64,000 bases of DNA from Selaginella moellendorffii (GCF_000143415.4 NW_003314263.1:3606451-3670450); one strand, 5' to 3'; shown: positions 1-12,592, numbered from the stretch's first letter. The notes: generated by a model from the letters alone, not told the origin. Numbers and translations: made by a program.

Positions 1-874
1 CCCGGAGCGACTTGGAACAGTCCTGGAGCAACCAGCATACCAATGCCAGGACCAGCACGCAAAACGGAGCCAAACGGAGTTTGGCGCTATTTCGGCATAC
101 CGGTGGCCTAACGTGAGGATATGGGTACTCCACCAACTAGCATGGAATGGAACTTGGGCTTAGACCCAAGCCGGACGCAGAACAAGGACAGGCACGCAAG
201 CGGGAGCTAGACTATGCCTCAGGTTGGTCGGCCATGCCCGACCTACCCACTATCCCTACTATACATTTGGAACCCCCCATAGCCCCCCCCCCTTGAGGAA
301 CACACGCTTTGGGCTTTCACCCCAAGCCTCCCTTAGTATCAGGAGTTAGTCTCTGGGACAAGCTTGAAACTTACTAAATATGGAATGTCCCTAGATTGTG
401 AATTTGGACACGGGACGAACACCATTGTGTTCAGGCCGATCTCTACATTCCGTAGATATGCCAAATGAGCAAATCTGGACACTTTCCATAAATAGCATTT
501 GGGACCAAAATGAGACTAACACAAAGGGCATGATAGCGAGGGTGTTTGGCAGACACGGTAAGCTATCATGTAGCGATATTGAGGGACCAATCTCAATATC
601 GCGGGGGTTCCTAACACTAGCAAGTGCAAGCCAACATCATGAGTTTCTCATCACCGTGTCAAGTCTGCTTGACTAAATGACAACTTAGGATTTCCTTCCT
701 TAGTGCCCTTCCGGTCTAAGTGCACATGTGATGACCAGTTTCTCAACTAGCTTAGGTGGAAACTGATAACGGGTCCAGCAATACCGACCTCCTGCCATCG
801 TGGCAGTAAGGTAAGAGTGTCCGTAAGGACTAGCCGATAGGTAACTTTCGATACCCGAAGTCACATGCGCGACA
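1..874 (-). mobile_element. LTR of an LTR retrotransposon (family 'L'), least decayed copy; runs off the window start
   Basis: Ends ...GCGACA at 874 (TG start on the minus strand). Homologous to 11042-11880 (inverted) and 14380-15199 (same orientation), which share this terminus. No credible ORF. Confidence 0.75.
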
Positions 875-975
875 GTGGGACAACAATAGCACTACAACTC
901 CCATCATTATCCACCTGTAAAGTACAAAATGGATGACTTAGTATTAGTTCGTTTTCCCATGTGGTTTATCTAAGG
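875..975 (+). mobile_element. Short Ty3/gypsy internal remnant
   Basis: GTGGGACAACAATAGCACTACAACTCCCATC...AGTACAAAATGGAT matches 17797-17856, the 3' end of the gypsy pol remnant. Confidence 0.55.
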
Positions 976-1074
976 GGCTCTTGAGCTCCAAACAACACTA
1001 GAAACAATTAGCCATCTTTTAGATGTGTGTAAGATTCTTTTATTGCTCTCATTTTGCTAAATGCTTGCTTTCAG

Positions 1075-4000
1075 GAGCTTGAAGAAGCAAAGCGTTTGCA
1101 CGAAAAAGAGGTAAGGTTGCTAAGTGCGAACGACAACTTCATGCTGGTCTTTGTTTGATTTTCACCAGCCAGATTGAAAAGGAACGGATTGAAAGAAAGA
1201 GCGAGATAGGCTCTTTTGCAAAAGCACTAGGCTGAACTTCAGGCCCGGGTTGAACGTCAAGAGGAAGAGCAAATGAAGCAAGAGGCTTCACACAAAGACC
1301 TGATGGATGTGAGAGCTTAATCACATGTTTTGGTCAATATTATGTTCGGTTTGATTATTTTCTCAGCAACTTCGAGCTTATTACAAAGATGAGATCAGTC
1401 GGCTGAAGGTAAGCTAGTCAGTTGATTCGATTTGTAAACTTTTATACTTTTGCAGGTAGAGAACAAAGAGAAGGTGTCTACACTTCAACAAAAATATGAT
1501 GCATTGCAATACGACTTGACTACCAACGTAAGATTTTAATGATCTGGTCCAGTTTCACCTATCAATGGTTCTTTTCTTTTCTTTTTTTTCAGAAACTAGC
1601 CATTCAGAACAGGCTGACTGTTGTTTACAAGGAAAGGGAAGCTCTAGCAAAAGAGACGGCCATGCTGAAAGGAAGCCTCAGAGAGGCCAATTCCTTGATT
1701 GAGAACGCTCATGCGGAGCATCTCCAGGTGGTTTGCTTATTCTCTTGCTTTGGTTTCCTACTTTATCGTTCTTACGCTCTTGTATGATCTTGCCACGTAA
1801 AGGATTGCAGACGAGGTCTAGTTTGGAAGACGACATCCAAGTCCTGAAGGAAGACAACAGGCATTTGGTGCTACTCGTTTTGACTTCCTAATTATTTACA
1901 TTTACAATTGCTTCATGTTGATCACCATATCAGGAGGAGCAATTGAAAGGTGCCCTCGCAGATATGTACAAGTTGTCCGAGCATGCAGAGTAAACTCCTG
2001 GCTCTGTTTGTCCGGTATAATTTTTTTCTTTCTTCCGAGTGGCCTTCCACAGTGTTGAGAAGAATGCATCTGCGACAAGCTTGGCTGAACTGGTAGTACT
2101 TCGTTTTTCTAATTTTCGATAAATCTTGTTTTGTTTTGGCACGATCCAAAGATTAAAGTACGAGTTAGATAAGATGACTAGCAGCAGTAAGAAGAAAGAG
2201 GACATTATCAGTAATGATAACTGCAAGGTTGGGGATTGCATGGGTTTTATGTTGAAGAAAAATTTTAACTAACGTTGATTTTTTCAGATTGAACAACTGC
2301 ATTCATCCTTAACAAAGACCCAGAGAGAGCTGGACGTTGCATTGGCAGAGGTTTGCTGAAAGTGTTTAAGTTGTTATGGACTTTGTCTCAACAGCTCGAG
2401 AAAGAACGATATAACATAGCAGTTAAGGACGACGAGATTCAAGAGCTAGATTCTATGAAGAGAGGAATTGGTGAAGAAGCGTCCCAGCTGCGTTCAAGCC
2501 TTTCAGAAGTATAATCAAAAGTCCAAACTTTCTTATTTGCTTCCTGTGTTTTAGAAAGAAGACTATATTCAACGGCTGGAGGTCAAGCTTAAAATTCGCA
2601 TGGCCGAACATGAGTTAAAACTGAAAAACATGGAGGAAGACTTTTCGCGAACGGTAGTACTTTTCTTCTTTCTTGTTTATTTATATTACTGCTCCTTCTT
2701 GTGTTCTACAGAGAGAACTTCAGCGAGAGAAGCACCGGAAAGAAGTCAAGGGATTGCAGTCTAAGCTGAAGGAGCAACAACTGAAACACCTGACTCATTT
2801 AAATATTTATCAGAAAAGGGTAAGCAAATGAAACATATGTTTTGATATCAATTGTAGTGTCGTATGTGAAAGGTTGATCACCTCGAGACTGAAATTGAGA
2901 CGCTGAAAGTACATGGTGAGCATGAGCTTAAGTCTCTAAAATCCCAAGTAACAGATCATGAAGACAATTTTAAACTGGTACACTGAAACTGGTCGACGAT
3001 TAGAGCTTTATGTTCTGATGTGAAGGTGTGCTTGAATTTCGAACGAAAACTTCAAGAGTCTCAACGAAAGGGTACACAGCTGGAAGAGTCACTGGAGTTG
3101 CTGGCTCAAGAGGTAAGAAGATTGTCTCGTGTTTATTTGATCTGAATCAGCTGGTAGTTTTCAGCTTCGTTCGAGAGAGAGGCAAAAGGTTGCTGACATC
3201 GAATCATTAAACCGAGAACTTGAGGATGCGAAACTTGCGGAGAAGAATGCTGAAGCGGCAGCTTTGCAAAGCTATTTGGCCAAGCTTGAACAGTAAACGA
3301 AAGACAAGGACGCGTTCATAATCGTAGTTGTGATCACTGTAGGAAGGAGAAGGAATTCCATCAGAACGTGGAAGACGAACATGAAAGAGCTGAATGCGCG
3401 ATTCAAAAGTTGAACGAGATGCATGCTATCGCTATAGAAGTTGCTCTCCATAACCACCAGGTTGGTCCTGTGTTTTTTCTTCTTTGCTTGTTTAGTAATT
3501 GTGCAAATTCTGCAGATGGAGCGTGACGCTCTTAAAAACGCGTTTGAGGAAACTAAGGTAAATCATTTTCAATTTATACTCGAGAAACACTTAATCTGCA
3601 TGACAGGCACAAGAAATTCGAGTGGCAGCTGAGAAATATCAGAAACAAATAGAGAAGACTGAGGCTGAGTTTGAAGAGGAGCGCAGAAGGTTCAGGCGTG
3701 AACAGGATGAAACACGAGTTTTAGTTGTTCAGCAACAAAATGCTTTAGTAATGGCTCATCAGCACGCTCTTGAGGTATTTCCTGTTGCTTTTCAGAATTT
3801 CCTTGTATGTAACGCATTGGAAAAACACAGGCTCAAATGAAAAAGGCAGAGGTTGAGGTGACTCAACTCAAAGAAACTCATGCGAGGGAGATGGCTATTG
3901 CTGTGTCTCGGTCCACTGAAAAGGTAGTCTTGGAATCTCTGACCTTGCATGAAGACCACAAGAAGCGGCTAGAACGTCTTTCTGAAGTCCATAGATCAGA

Positions 4001-5099
4001 GACGCAAAAACTGAACGAGATCCACGCAAAGGAAACAGAGAAGGTTGGCTTGCTCTTATTTATATTGTCTTCTTTCTAACTCCTCCAGGCAGACTAAATC
4101 CCATAACTCTCACTTGATGCACCATATCACCGAGCTGGAAAACATGATCACTCTTAAGGTTCGCCTCATCACCATCAGTTGAAAGGGCATTTAGTCTCTC
4201 ACTTTTGATTCTTACAGGAGAAAAAACTGAAAGATTTAAGCGATAACAGCCGTGAGATTGAAATAAAGAGCGAATCTGCTTTGAAGGAGTTGAGGCTCAG
4301 CCATGAGAAAGCGTAAGCTTTAATATAGTCAAGCCGCACGTATTCCTTTCTTTGTACTGCCAGCTTCAACTTTCAGCGGTGCAAGTTTTCCAAGGACAAA
4401 AAAGCTATGGCAAAGCAACTGGAAAAGAAATACCGGACCGAGCTAGACGCCTGCAACACGTTTCATGCACAGCAATACCAAAATCTCCAACAAGATCTCA
4501 ACCGTAGCAAGGTAGCTTGTTTCCCTTTTACATTCTTCTGTATCAATCTTGGAATCGCCAGCTTGTGATGAGGCAAAAGCAAGCAGAAATGACAGAGCTA
4601 CAGCAACAGTTTGTGAAGCTGAAGGTAACGTCTCTTTGTGTCCTGTTGACAAGATTTTTACTTTGCCTTTTCCAGAGCCGATTTGATAACCAAGAGTCAA
4701 AACCAGAAGATGTGGAGAGAATTACATACTTGGAGCAGCTGTACGTGAAGCTTCAAGAGTCGTGCGAAGCTAAAGATCTGGCGTACCAAAGACTTCACGG
4801 TACGTTTTTTTCTTTGTCACTTCTTTAGACGCATTGGCTGATCGCTTACGCGCAGGTGAGTCGAAACAAATCAAGATGGAAATGCTAAACCGAGAAGAAA
4901 ACTACAACAAAATCTCCAGGAGCTCCCCAGTGGTCCAGCCGGTAAACTTACCTTACGTTTAGACTCCTCGCTTTTGGTTCGATTCTTTTGTCCCTCTATG
5001 TTATGCTAGACATCGATTGAATTGAAGCCAAGGAGCCCATCGCGATCGGCACAAGGCTCACGCTCAGCATCTCGTCAAGGCAACTGTGTAGAAATCTAG
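1075..5099 (+). CDS. FAM184-like long coiled-coil protein, many short exons; 5' part probably outside the window
   Basis: More than 20 short E/K/Q-rich exons separated by short GT-AG introns. First clear exon 1075-1110 (ELEEAKRLHEKE); last exon 5010-5099 ending TAG. The C-terminus ESKPEDVERI...KMEMLNREENYNKI resembles the FAM184 C-terminal motif as I recall it (ESKPEDI...LELVNRETNFNKVF). Confidence 0.75.
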
Positions 5100-5573
5100 A
5101 TCATTCTAAGGCCACCCGGTATAATTAAAGCCAGACGTCAGCATTGTTTTCTTCCCATGATCGATGTCAACTTGTAAAAGTTCGCATATTCTTTGATAAG
5201 CATGGTGAAACCGCCCCAAACTCTGCTGACCGCTGTTGACTCGCATAATTAAAGAAGACGAGCGACTAGCGAGTTAACCGGCGTAACATTGCCATTTACG
5301 CTAGGAGTTAATCCAAGTGAATTTGCTAGCGTGCATCAGAATGCTTCGATGTAGAAGCTTTCTTGCCTTTCGGGCTTGTATAAAATCGCATTGTGGCTGG
5401 ACCTAAATCTCCGAAGATTGGGAGGAGCAGTGGGCGACGCTAGGCATCGCTCATTCCGAGTGTGGTGGGAACTTGTGAAGGATTGGTGCTTACTGAATTT
5501 GGTGCTGGCGGTTGGCGACCCTAGCGTCGCTCTTGTGGAGGCTGTGGAGCGATACAAAGTCAGCTCGGCTAAG

Positions 5574-8500
5574 ATGACAACAATGAATGTGGATATCGCT
5601 GAATTTGCTGGTGGTATGTATGTGCCTCATAAGAATTAAATGGCTTAACGTTTGGTGTGCAGAAGAACAATCCAAGAAACTAACAAACATAATGAGTAGC
5701 TTGCAATCCACACTTTCCAGAATGGAGGGAGCCAAGCAAGATCTAGATTTCGATGGTATCTCGTCTCTCGAGCTCTTGATCTCTTCTTACAAGTGTATAC
5801 TTAGCTTTGAAGTGCCTCATTTTGTGCAGAACCATTTGAAGCGCTCCTTGGTAATCCGGGTGACCCCGGCTGCGAGGATAAAGTAAAGAACATGATAGAA
5901 AATGGCTGGGATATCCACAATCTCGTTGATGACCATGGTGCCACCACTGCACTCCATTTGGCAAGCAGGAGAGGGAATCTCAGACTGGTCAAGGCTTTAC
6001 TTCCCAGAAGCATCAGAGACATCCTCAAAAAGGATGGGCTTGGCAACACTGCACTTCATGCAGCTGTTATTAGCAACGTTGCGGGGGTTGTTGGGGTATT
6101 GCTTGAACAAATCAAGAAGAAGAAGCTAAAAGCTGTGGGCTTGTGCAATAACAAAGGAGAAACACCCTTGCACATAGCAGCTACATTCGTGGATGGAACA
6201 AATGTTGCCCGTTTGCTAACTTTACTTCCGACGAGCATTGATGACATCGTGAGGCCTGATAACAATGGGAATACACCACTTCATGTAGCTGCCTTTTGGT
6301 GCTACGATGGCACGTTCAACTATATGATTAAACGGCTAGGAGCCAACTTTGACGCCGATCAGTATGTCAACAACGATGGCAACACGCCTCTTCACGTGGC
6401 TATGACAGAAGGATGTGGCAATATGTGTCTTTTGTTGATAAAACTGGGTGCTAATCTTCACAAACTCAACAAAGCTGGCTTTTCACCACTGATGCTGTTG
6501 ACAAAGGTGCGTCAGCCTCTCCAGGTGAGAATCATGAGGAAAGTCCTCAAGAGAATACTGTCAACCGACCCAGCAGGTATTTCTGAAGAGCTTATGCAAT
6601 TGCTGACAGTTCCCGAGGTTGGGCATCTTTTAGTCTTGCATGGCTGCCTTTGTATTGGGAAACTGGACCTGGTGAAGCCTCTATTTAGGCACTTTGACGT
6701 CGAGCATAATCGTCTTGCCCAGCTACTGGTTGAGAAGGACAGCAGGTTTACAGGGGAGACCTCTTTGCATGTAGCAGCTTATGGACAGGATGTTGCGGTT
6801 CTGAACATGGTGGTGGAGAAACTGCAGGAAGGTGAGGACCCTTGGGACGTAGACTGCACTAACAACATGGGGCAGACACCTTTGCACATTGCATTTGCAG
6901 GAGGCAACACTAAAATGGTTGAGCGTTTGCTCGAGCTTAAAGCTGATATAAGCAAGACTGACAACATGGGCACTGGCATGTTGCACTTTGCTTGTAGAGG
7001 TAAAGGTAGGAAGGTTGAGGTTCTTGAGCTCTTGGAGGAGAAGCTAGGGGAGAAGCTGGAAATCAGCAAGGCAACAAAGACTGGCTTGACCCCGCTGCAT
7101 TATGCAGCTTGGAATGATAAAGAGGAAGCAGGGAAATGGTTGATAGACAGGAATGCTGATTTGACTGCTGAGGATTCCATTGAAGGACTTATGCCATGGC
7201 ATTGGGCTGTCATTGGAGGATCTGAAAAGTATACTTGGCTTGTCGACTCTCACTTGGAAAGAAGCGTAAGATTGTTTAATGGGAATGTGGACTTTGAAAG
7301 GTGGCAACGGGTGTTTCATTTAATTGAAGCCCATCGCTCACATGAGCCGGATTTGGTGTGTTGGAAAGTATTAAACCGTATTCAGGCGCAGCACAGGAAA
7401 CTTGAGCCTGGATTATTGGCTTGCATTGCCGCTTTGGGAGATAGTGACACAAATGAAAAGCTTGCATCACTTCTCATTAAATTCTCATCGGACGAGCAGG
7501 CGAAGGATTACATTTTAAAAATAGTCAAGGAATCACGAATATTGGAATGGGCCGCATTCTATGCCAAGAACACAACAAGGGGAAGAACACGAGCGAGCGA
7601 TGTAGAGCCAATGTTCAGGGCCTTGCAGATCTTAAGCCAACTAGATCGTCGTGGCAAAGAGCAACTAAATAGATATGCTTCTAGCAGCCAGTTTTTGGTG
7701 GATGCTTTCAAGATTGGTTTCCTTAGTGAAGATGTGTGGAAATCCGGGCTTGCCACGAGCCTAGCTACAGCAAGCAGTCGATGGGGGCTTGGCGATCTGA
7801 TCAAGTCAGTCCTGCTGCCAAGTGCTCGTTGGTCTGACCAGGAATCAAACGAGAATCTAAACAAGGTCCACAGAAGTAGTCATTTGGTCCACATGAGCAT
7901 CTCTAACTTGGTGGAGGACATCCCTCTGGCTTACTGGTTTACAAGGATGAAAGAGAAAAGCACAGCAGAAAGTACTGACAGTGGAAGATCGAACCAAGAG
8001 GAGAACAAGAGCAAAGCTCTTGTAAAGAAAGTTGAAGATCTTTTAGAAAGCAGGAAGATTGGAGGGATGCTGGAGTACCCAAATGACAAGGGGGTTCACA
8101 CAGGCAGGACTGCCTTGCATTGGTCCACCATCTTTGAGGAGACCTCTACCACCCTCTCTATCCTTCATACAAGGAATTGTAGAGTTGACATATTTGACAA
8201 CTTTGGAAAGGCACCATATTGGTATGCACCAAAATCCTGGAAAAACAGCTTCCTTCTCAACAGCCTGAAGTGGGAACAGTACCTGGACAACTTGCACAAG
8301 GACCGGGAACTGTTTGTAGATGCCCTCAATGCCATATTGGTGGGGGCAGCTCTGATTGCAGGTGTGACATACGCTGGATCCTTGAGCCCACCTCTGCAAT
8401 ACTCCCTGAAGCTCATGAAGCACGGCCAGCAGGAGGATGACCTCAAGTATGTGGCCATCAACTATCCAGGAGTGAAAGCATTCTGGATCTTCAACAGCCT

Positions 8501-9131
8501 CTCCTTCTTCTTTGCGATGGCAAGCGCACTGGCTGGAGTTGCAGGCATCCTCCCACTGCCCCAGGTGTTTGACTTGGGTGTGATTGACAGGCTGAGGTGG
8601 ACACTGCTCCTCGCGGCAAGCCTGCTGGTTGGCTCGATTTGCTTTGTTCTTGTGGCGTTTGCATGTGCAGGCTTTTCAGTCTTGCCACCTTTGGTCCACT
8701 ACAACTTTGTTATGATAGCCACATCGGTGCCAGGGGAATTGCTGTGCATGCTGATGACTTTTCTGTTTATCAAGGCGCTCTCCCCGCTTCTGTCCTGGAC
8801 CTACACATGGTATACTGATGCCCGTGGTCTGAAAGCCCCGAAACAGCAGGTTAGAGTGGAGGAAACTGCCGTGGATGTTGACATTGAGGACCAGAATGAC
8901 GGCAAGATCTTGACGTGGGTGCTAGAGCCAAGTAAACAACCGGTTTACTCTGGTGTGAGCTACCGGAAGATTCGTACTCTGTGGATGGATGGTTTGGAGT
9001 TGTCCAAGAAGTACCTAAGACATTCGCTTGATCTTAATAGTTGGGAAGCAATTAAAGAGTACCTAAGTTGTCTTGTCAATTTGTTCGCTCTTGCGCCTTC
9101 ATCCTTCTCTGTTGCTTTTGACCACATTTGA
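5574..9131 (+). CDS. Ankyrin-repeat protein with C-terminal PGG-like transmembrane domain (ACD6/ITN1-type); exons 5574-5613, 5663-5755, 5830-9131
   Basis: Many G-x-T-(P/A)-L-H ankyrin motifs. C-terminal ALNAILVGAALIAGVTYAGSLSPP and FWIFNSLSFFFA, followed by hydrophobic helices. Two upstream exons join in frame through GT-AG introns 5614-5662 and 5756-5829. Confidence 0.9.
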
Positions 9132-9356
9132 TCTCAAGAGTACCTGATTTGCTTCGTCAACTGTTTGATCACAGCTCTTGATTAAACCTGAGCTCGTGGA
9201 TTCTGTCACAAGAGGCAATGTGTTATTGACAATAACAAACAACTTACCGTCGCTGGATGTGATCCCATGCTTTGAGAATACATAAAGGTAGTCCTCGTCT
9301 CTCGAGCTCAAGTGTAACTGCTCTGGCTTGGGCTTCATCAGTTCCAAGTAGCACCA

Positions 9357-9456
9357 NNNNNNNNNNNNNNNNNNNNNNNNNNNNNNNNNNNNNNNNNNNN
9401 NNNNNNNNNNNNNNNNNNNNNNNNNNNNNNNNNNNNNNNNNNNNNNNNNNNNNNNN
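9357..9456. other. Assembly gap (100 N)
   Basis: Run of N. Confidence 1.
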
Positions 9457-10116
9457 TCAAAGGTTTACTTTATAATAACCATCCCCAAAGTTAATGGAAT
9501 TTTCTTTTGTTCATTTTTTTTTGTTATTCCAATTGGTGAATTTGTAAGTGTTTTTTTCTTCTTGTATGATTCATCTGTGTAGATGGTGAAATATGCATAT
9601 GAATATTCTATAAAATCTTATCTGGCTCATAATCATGTGTGAAATAGAAGTGCAAGTGTGAAAATTATAAACCTTATAGCCTCTGATATGCTTATGATAC
9701 CCAATGAATACCCTGGATTTGGACTACTTTACAACCAAAACTCAAAAGTGACTAGGAGAAGAAAAATAACCCATCCAAATCTCATAAGGCATATCATGTG
9801 ATCCTAAGAAAAATGTAGAAATACGAGTCAAAGTGTAAATGACAATGGCTATAACTTATGACCAAAGCAAAAATGGCATAGATGCTTGTAAAAGGATTGA
9901 AAGAACCATGTTAAGAATGGTTTGGTTATACATTTGGAAATCCTATTTTATTGAGACATATGATGAACTAATGACAAAAAATCACCACTATTATTAGAAT
10001 AAAAAAATTTAATAAAAAAAATCCAGTTTGTTTCCCCATAATAAAGGTCTGCTAGGAGTGCTTTACTCCTAGCAGAGAAAGTAAATTAAAAATTGTGAGG
10101 TCCAATTGTATGGTTA

Positions 10117-10267
10117 TGATATTGTATACTAGTAATTGCATAATGCGATTTTAATAGCTATTAAATTGGTTTCAATCCAGACCACTTGCTCCTGTATATA
10201 AAGTAAAGTTTTTAGGCTAATTAATATGTATATTTTATATTCTATTTCTATATTCTATACACTCATA
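10117..10267 (+). repeat. ~150-bp dispersed repeat (solo-LTR-like), second copy at 17858-18007
   Basis: Shared GATTTTAATAGCTAT...AGACCACT...GGCTAATTAATATG core. The 17858 copy has TG...CA ends. Confidence 0.6.
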
Positions 10268-10525
10268 TTGATGGAGATATCTTTGATTGTTTTTTAGAAG
10301 TGCTTAGATTTGGGATTAAAGTTTAGATTTAGTTTTTGCATTGTCTAAATCTCACTTTCCTTGTAACTTTTTCAAATTCTTCTCTTTTGCTTTTTTTCTT
10401 TTTGTTCATTTTCATAGTAGAGTAATAACCTCTTCTTTCTTTGACTTTAGAGCAATAGTTAGTGCAATTGATGGTGGCATTTATAGTGTGTGGTACAACA
10501 CCTCTTACTCTTATTGCTAACCTTT

Positions 10526-11041
10526 TGTAAACAATCAAAAAGAATAATTCAAAAGATAATCTATAAAGATTTAGATATAGAAGGAAAGGGCTTATAAGCA
10601 AGAGTGTATATATTTTTCTAATTGGTTAAGGGTTTTGGGATACTTGGGGTTAAACATTTTTAGTACTGGGTTATATGATTTTTTGGGAAGTTTAAATTTA
10701 GAAGTTTACATTTAGTATTAGAATGGTCTTAAGTTTGACTCTATTGGTTGGTTAAGTGAATCACTATATGTTAAGATTGATATCTTAAGTATGATTTTAC
10801 TAGTTTGTTAAGGGAATCATACCACATGTTGAGATTAATATTTAGTGATCCAATTTGGTAGTTAGGAACCTAAGAAGAATCACACTATATGTTAAGATTG
10901 ATATTTGGTGGCTCAATTTGGTCTGATTGAGCTTAACTGAGGGGTAAAGTATTAAGAGAGTGAAGCTTCCATTCACGATAGCATGAATTTTTAGGGAAGT
11001 ATGGTGGATTGTAAGTAATTAAAAAGAATGACTTAAGAAGC
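10526..11041 (+). mobile_element. Decayed Cassandra-like TRIM, copy A (LTR 10526-10710, internal 10711-11009, second LTR cut at ~11041)
   Basis: TGTAA...TTACA LTR homologous to 12001-12188. Decayed PBS TTTAGTATTAGA. Purine-rich tract AGGGAAGTATGGTGGA precedes a new TGTAAG at 11010. Confidence 0.7.
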
Positions 11042-12000
11042 TATTGCAAATGTGACCTTGGGTATTGAAAATTACCTGTTGGCTAGTCTTTACGGACACT
11101 CTTTCCTTACTACTACAATGGCAAGAGGTTGGTCTTGTTGGATTCGTTATTAGTTCCCACTTGAGCTAGTTAAGAAATTAGTCAATAACCATGCACTTAA
11201 ATTGGATAAACATAAGATAGGAACTCTATGTATTTTTTGTTGAGCATATTCGGCCTGGTTTAAGAAATTTGTGTCATTGGCTTGCACTTGCTAGTATTAA
11301 AAACCCCCATGATATTGAGTTTGGTCTCTCAATATTCATTAGATGATAGTTTACTGTGTTTGCTAAACATCCTCACTATCATGCCTTTTGTGTTAGTCTC
11401 ATTTTGGTCCCAAATGTTATTTATAGAAAGTGTCTAGATTTGCTCATTTGGCATATCTATGGAATGTAGAGAGTATACATCTCATGTCCAAATTCACAAT
11501 CTAAGAACATTCCATATTTAGTAAATTTTGAGCTTGCTAACTCCTGATACTAAGGGAAACTTGGGGTGAAAGCCCAAAGTGTGTGTTCCTCAAGAGGGGG
11601 CTATAGGGAGTTCCAAATGTATAGTAGGGATAGTGGGTAAGTCAGGCATGGTCAACCAACATGAGGCATATTTTAACTCCTGTTTGCGTGTCTGTCCTTG
11701 TTCTGCATCTGGCTTGGGTATAAGCCTAAATTCCACACCATGTTAGCTGGTGGAGTAGCCATATCTTCATCTTAGGCCATCGGTATACTGAAATAACACC
11801 AAACTCCATTTGACTCTGTTTTGTGTGTTAGTTTTGGCATTGGGATATTAGATGCTCTAGGATTGTTCCAAGTCACTCCGTATTCCTGTCCCTTCACTCT
11901 TTGGGTCGTATACTCAAGAGTTGTTCCGTGGTCCAGTTCTAACACTCCTTAGCTCCATGTTTAGGAGTTTAGCTCCGTTCTTTTGTTCAATGGCCCAAGG
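11042..12000 (+). mobile_element. Decayed family-L LTR (reverse complement of 1-874, extending further)
   Basis: 11042-11880 aligns by eye to the reverse complement of 874-1 with many transitions. Confidence 0.8.
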
Positions 12001-12588
12001 TGTAAGGAACTAAAGAGAACGACTTGAGAGACGATCCATTAGGGTTCAAATATAGAGGGAAAGGGCCCATGAATAAAAGTGCATCCCCTTTTCCGATCGA
12101 TTAAGTTTTAAGATATCTAGGGTTAAACGTTCTTGGTTTTGAATTGGGCTAGGTGATTTCCCAAGAAGTCCAAACTTAGGAGTTTACATTTGGTATCATA
12201 GGGGTTTTTGGTCCGACTCTGTTAGTTGGCTAGAAGAATCACACCACATGTTGATTGACATCTAGCTGGTCCAATTTGCTCCCATTGGGCTTGACCCGAA
12301 GGGTAAGGTATCAAGAGAGCGGGGCTCTCGGGAGAGTTGCGACTCTCAATTTTCGTTCACGAGGGCGTAAACTTGCAGGGAAGTATAGTAGATTATAAAC
12401 AACTAAAGAGAACAACTTGAAAGACGATCCATTGGGGTTTAAATATAGAAAGATAGGGCTCATGAATAAAAATGCACCCCCTTTTCCAATCGGTTAAGGG
12501 TCTTGGGATATCTGGGGTTAAGCGTCCTTGGGTTTGAATAATATTGGGCTATGTGACTTCCTAGGAAGTCCAAACTTATGAGCTTACA
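12001..12588 (+). mobile_element. Cassandra-like TRIM, full-length copy B (LTRs 12001-12188 and 12394-12588; PBS 12191-12200)
   Basis: Two ~190-bp direct repeats ending TTACA (first starts TGTAA, second TATAA). Met-tRNA-type PBS TGGTATCA, purine tract before the 3' LTR, no ORF. Each LTR has a 5S rRNA A-box/IE/C-box segment (clearest at 12516-12571). Possible TSD CAAGG/CAAAG. Confidence 0.85.
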
Positions 12589-12592
12589 CAAA

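Noticed and set aside
9272-9475. ORF spanning the N run
   Set aside because: Artefact of the assembly gap; adjacency across 9357-9456 is itself uncertain.
12516-12571. A genuine 5S rRNA gene
   Set aside because: Only the internal ~56 nt match, the 5S ends are absent, and the segment is embedded in LTRs.
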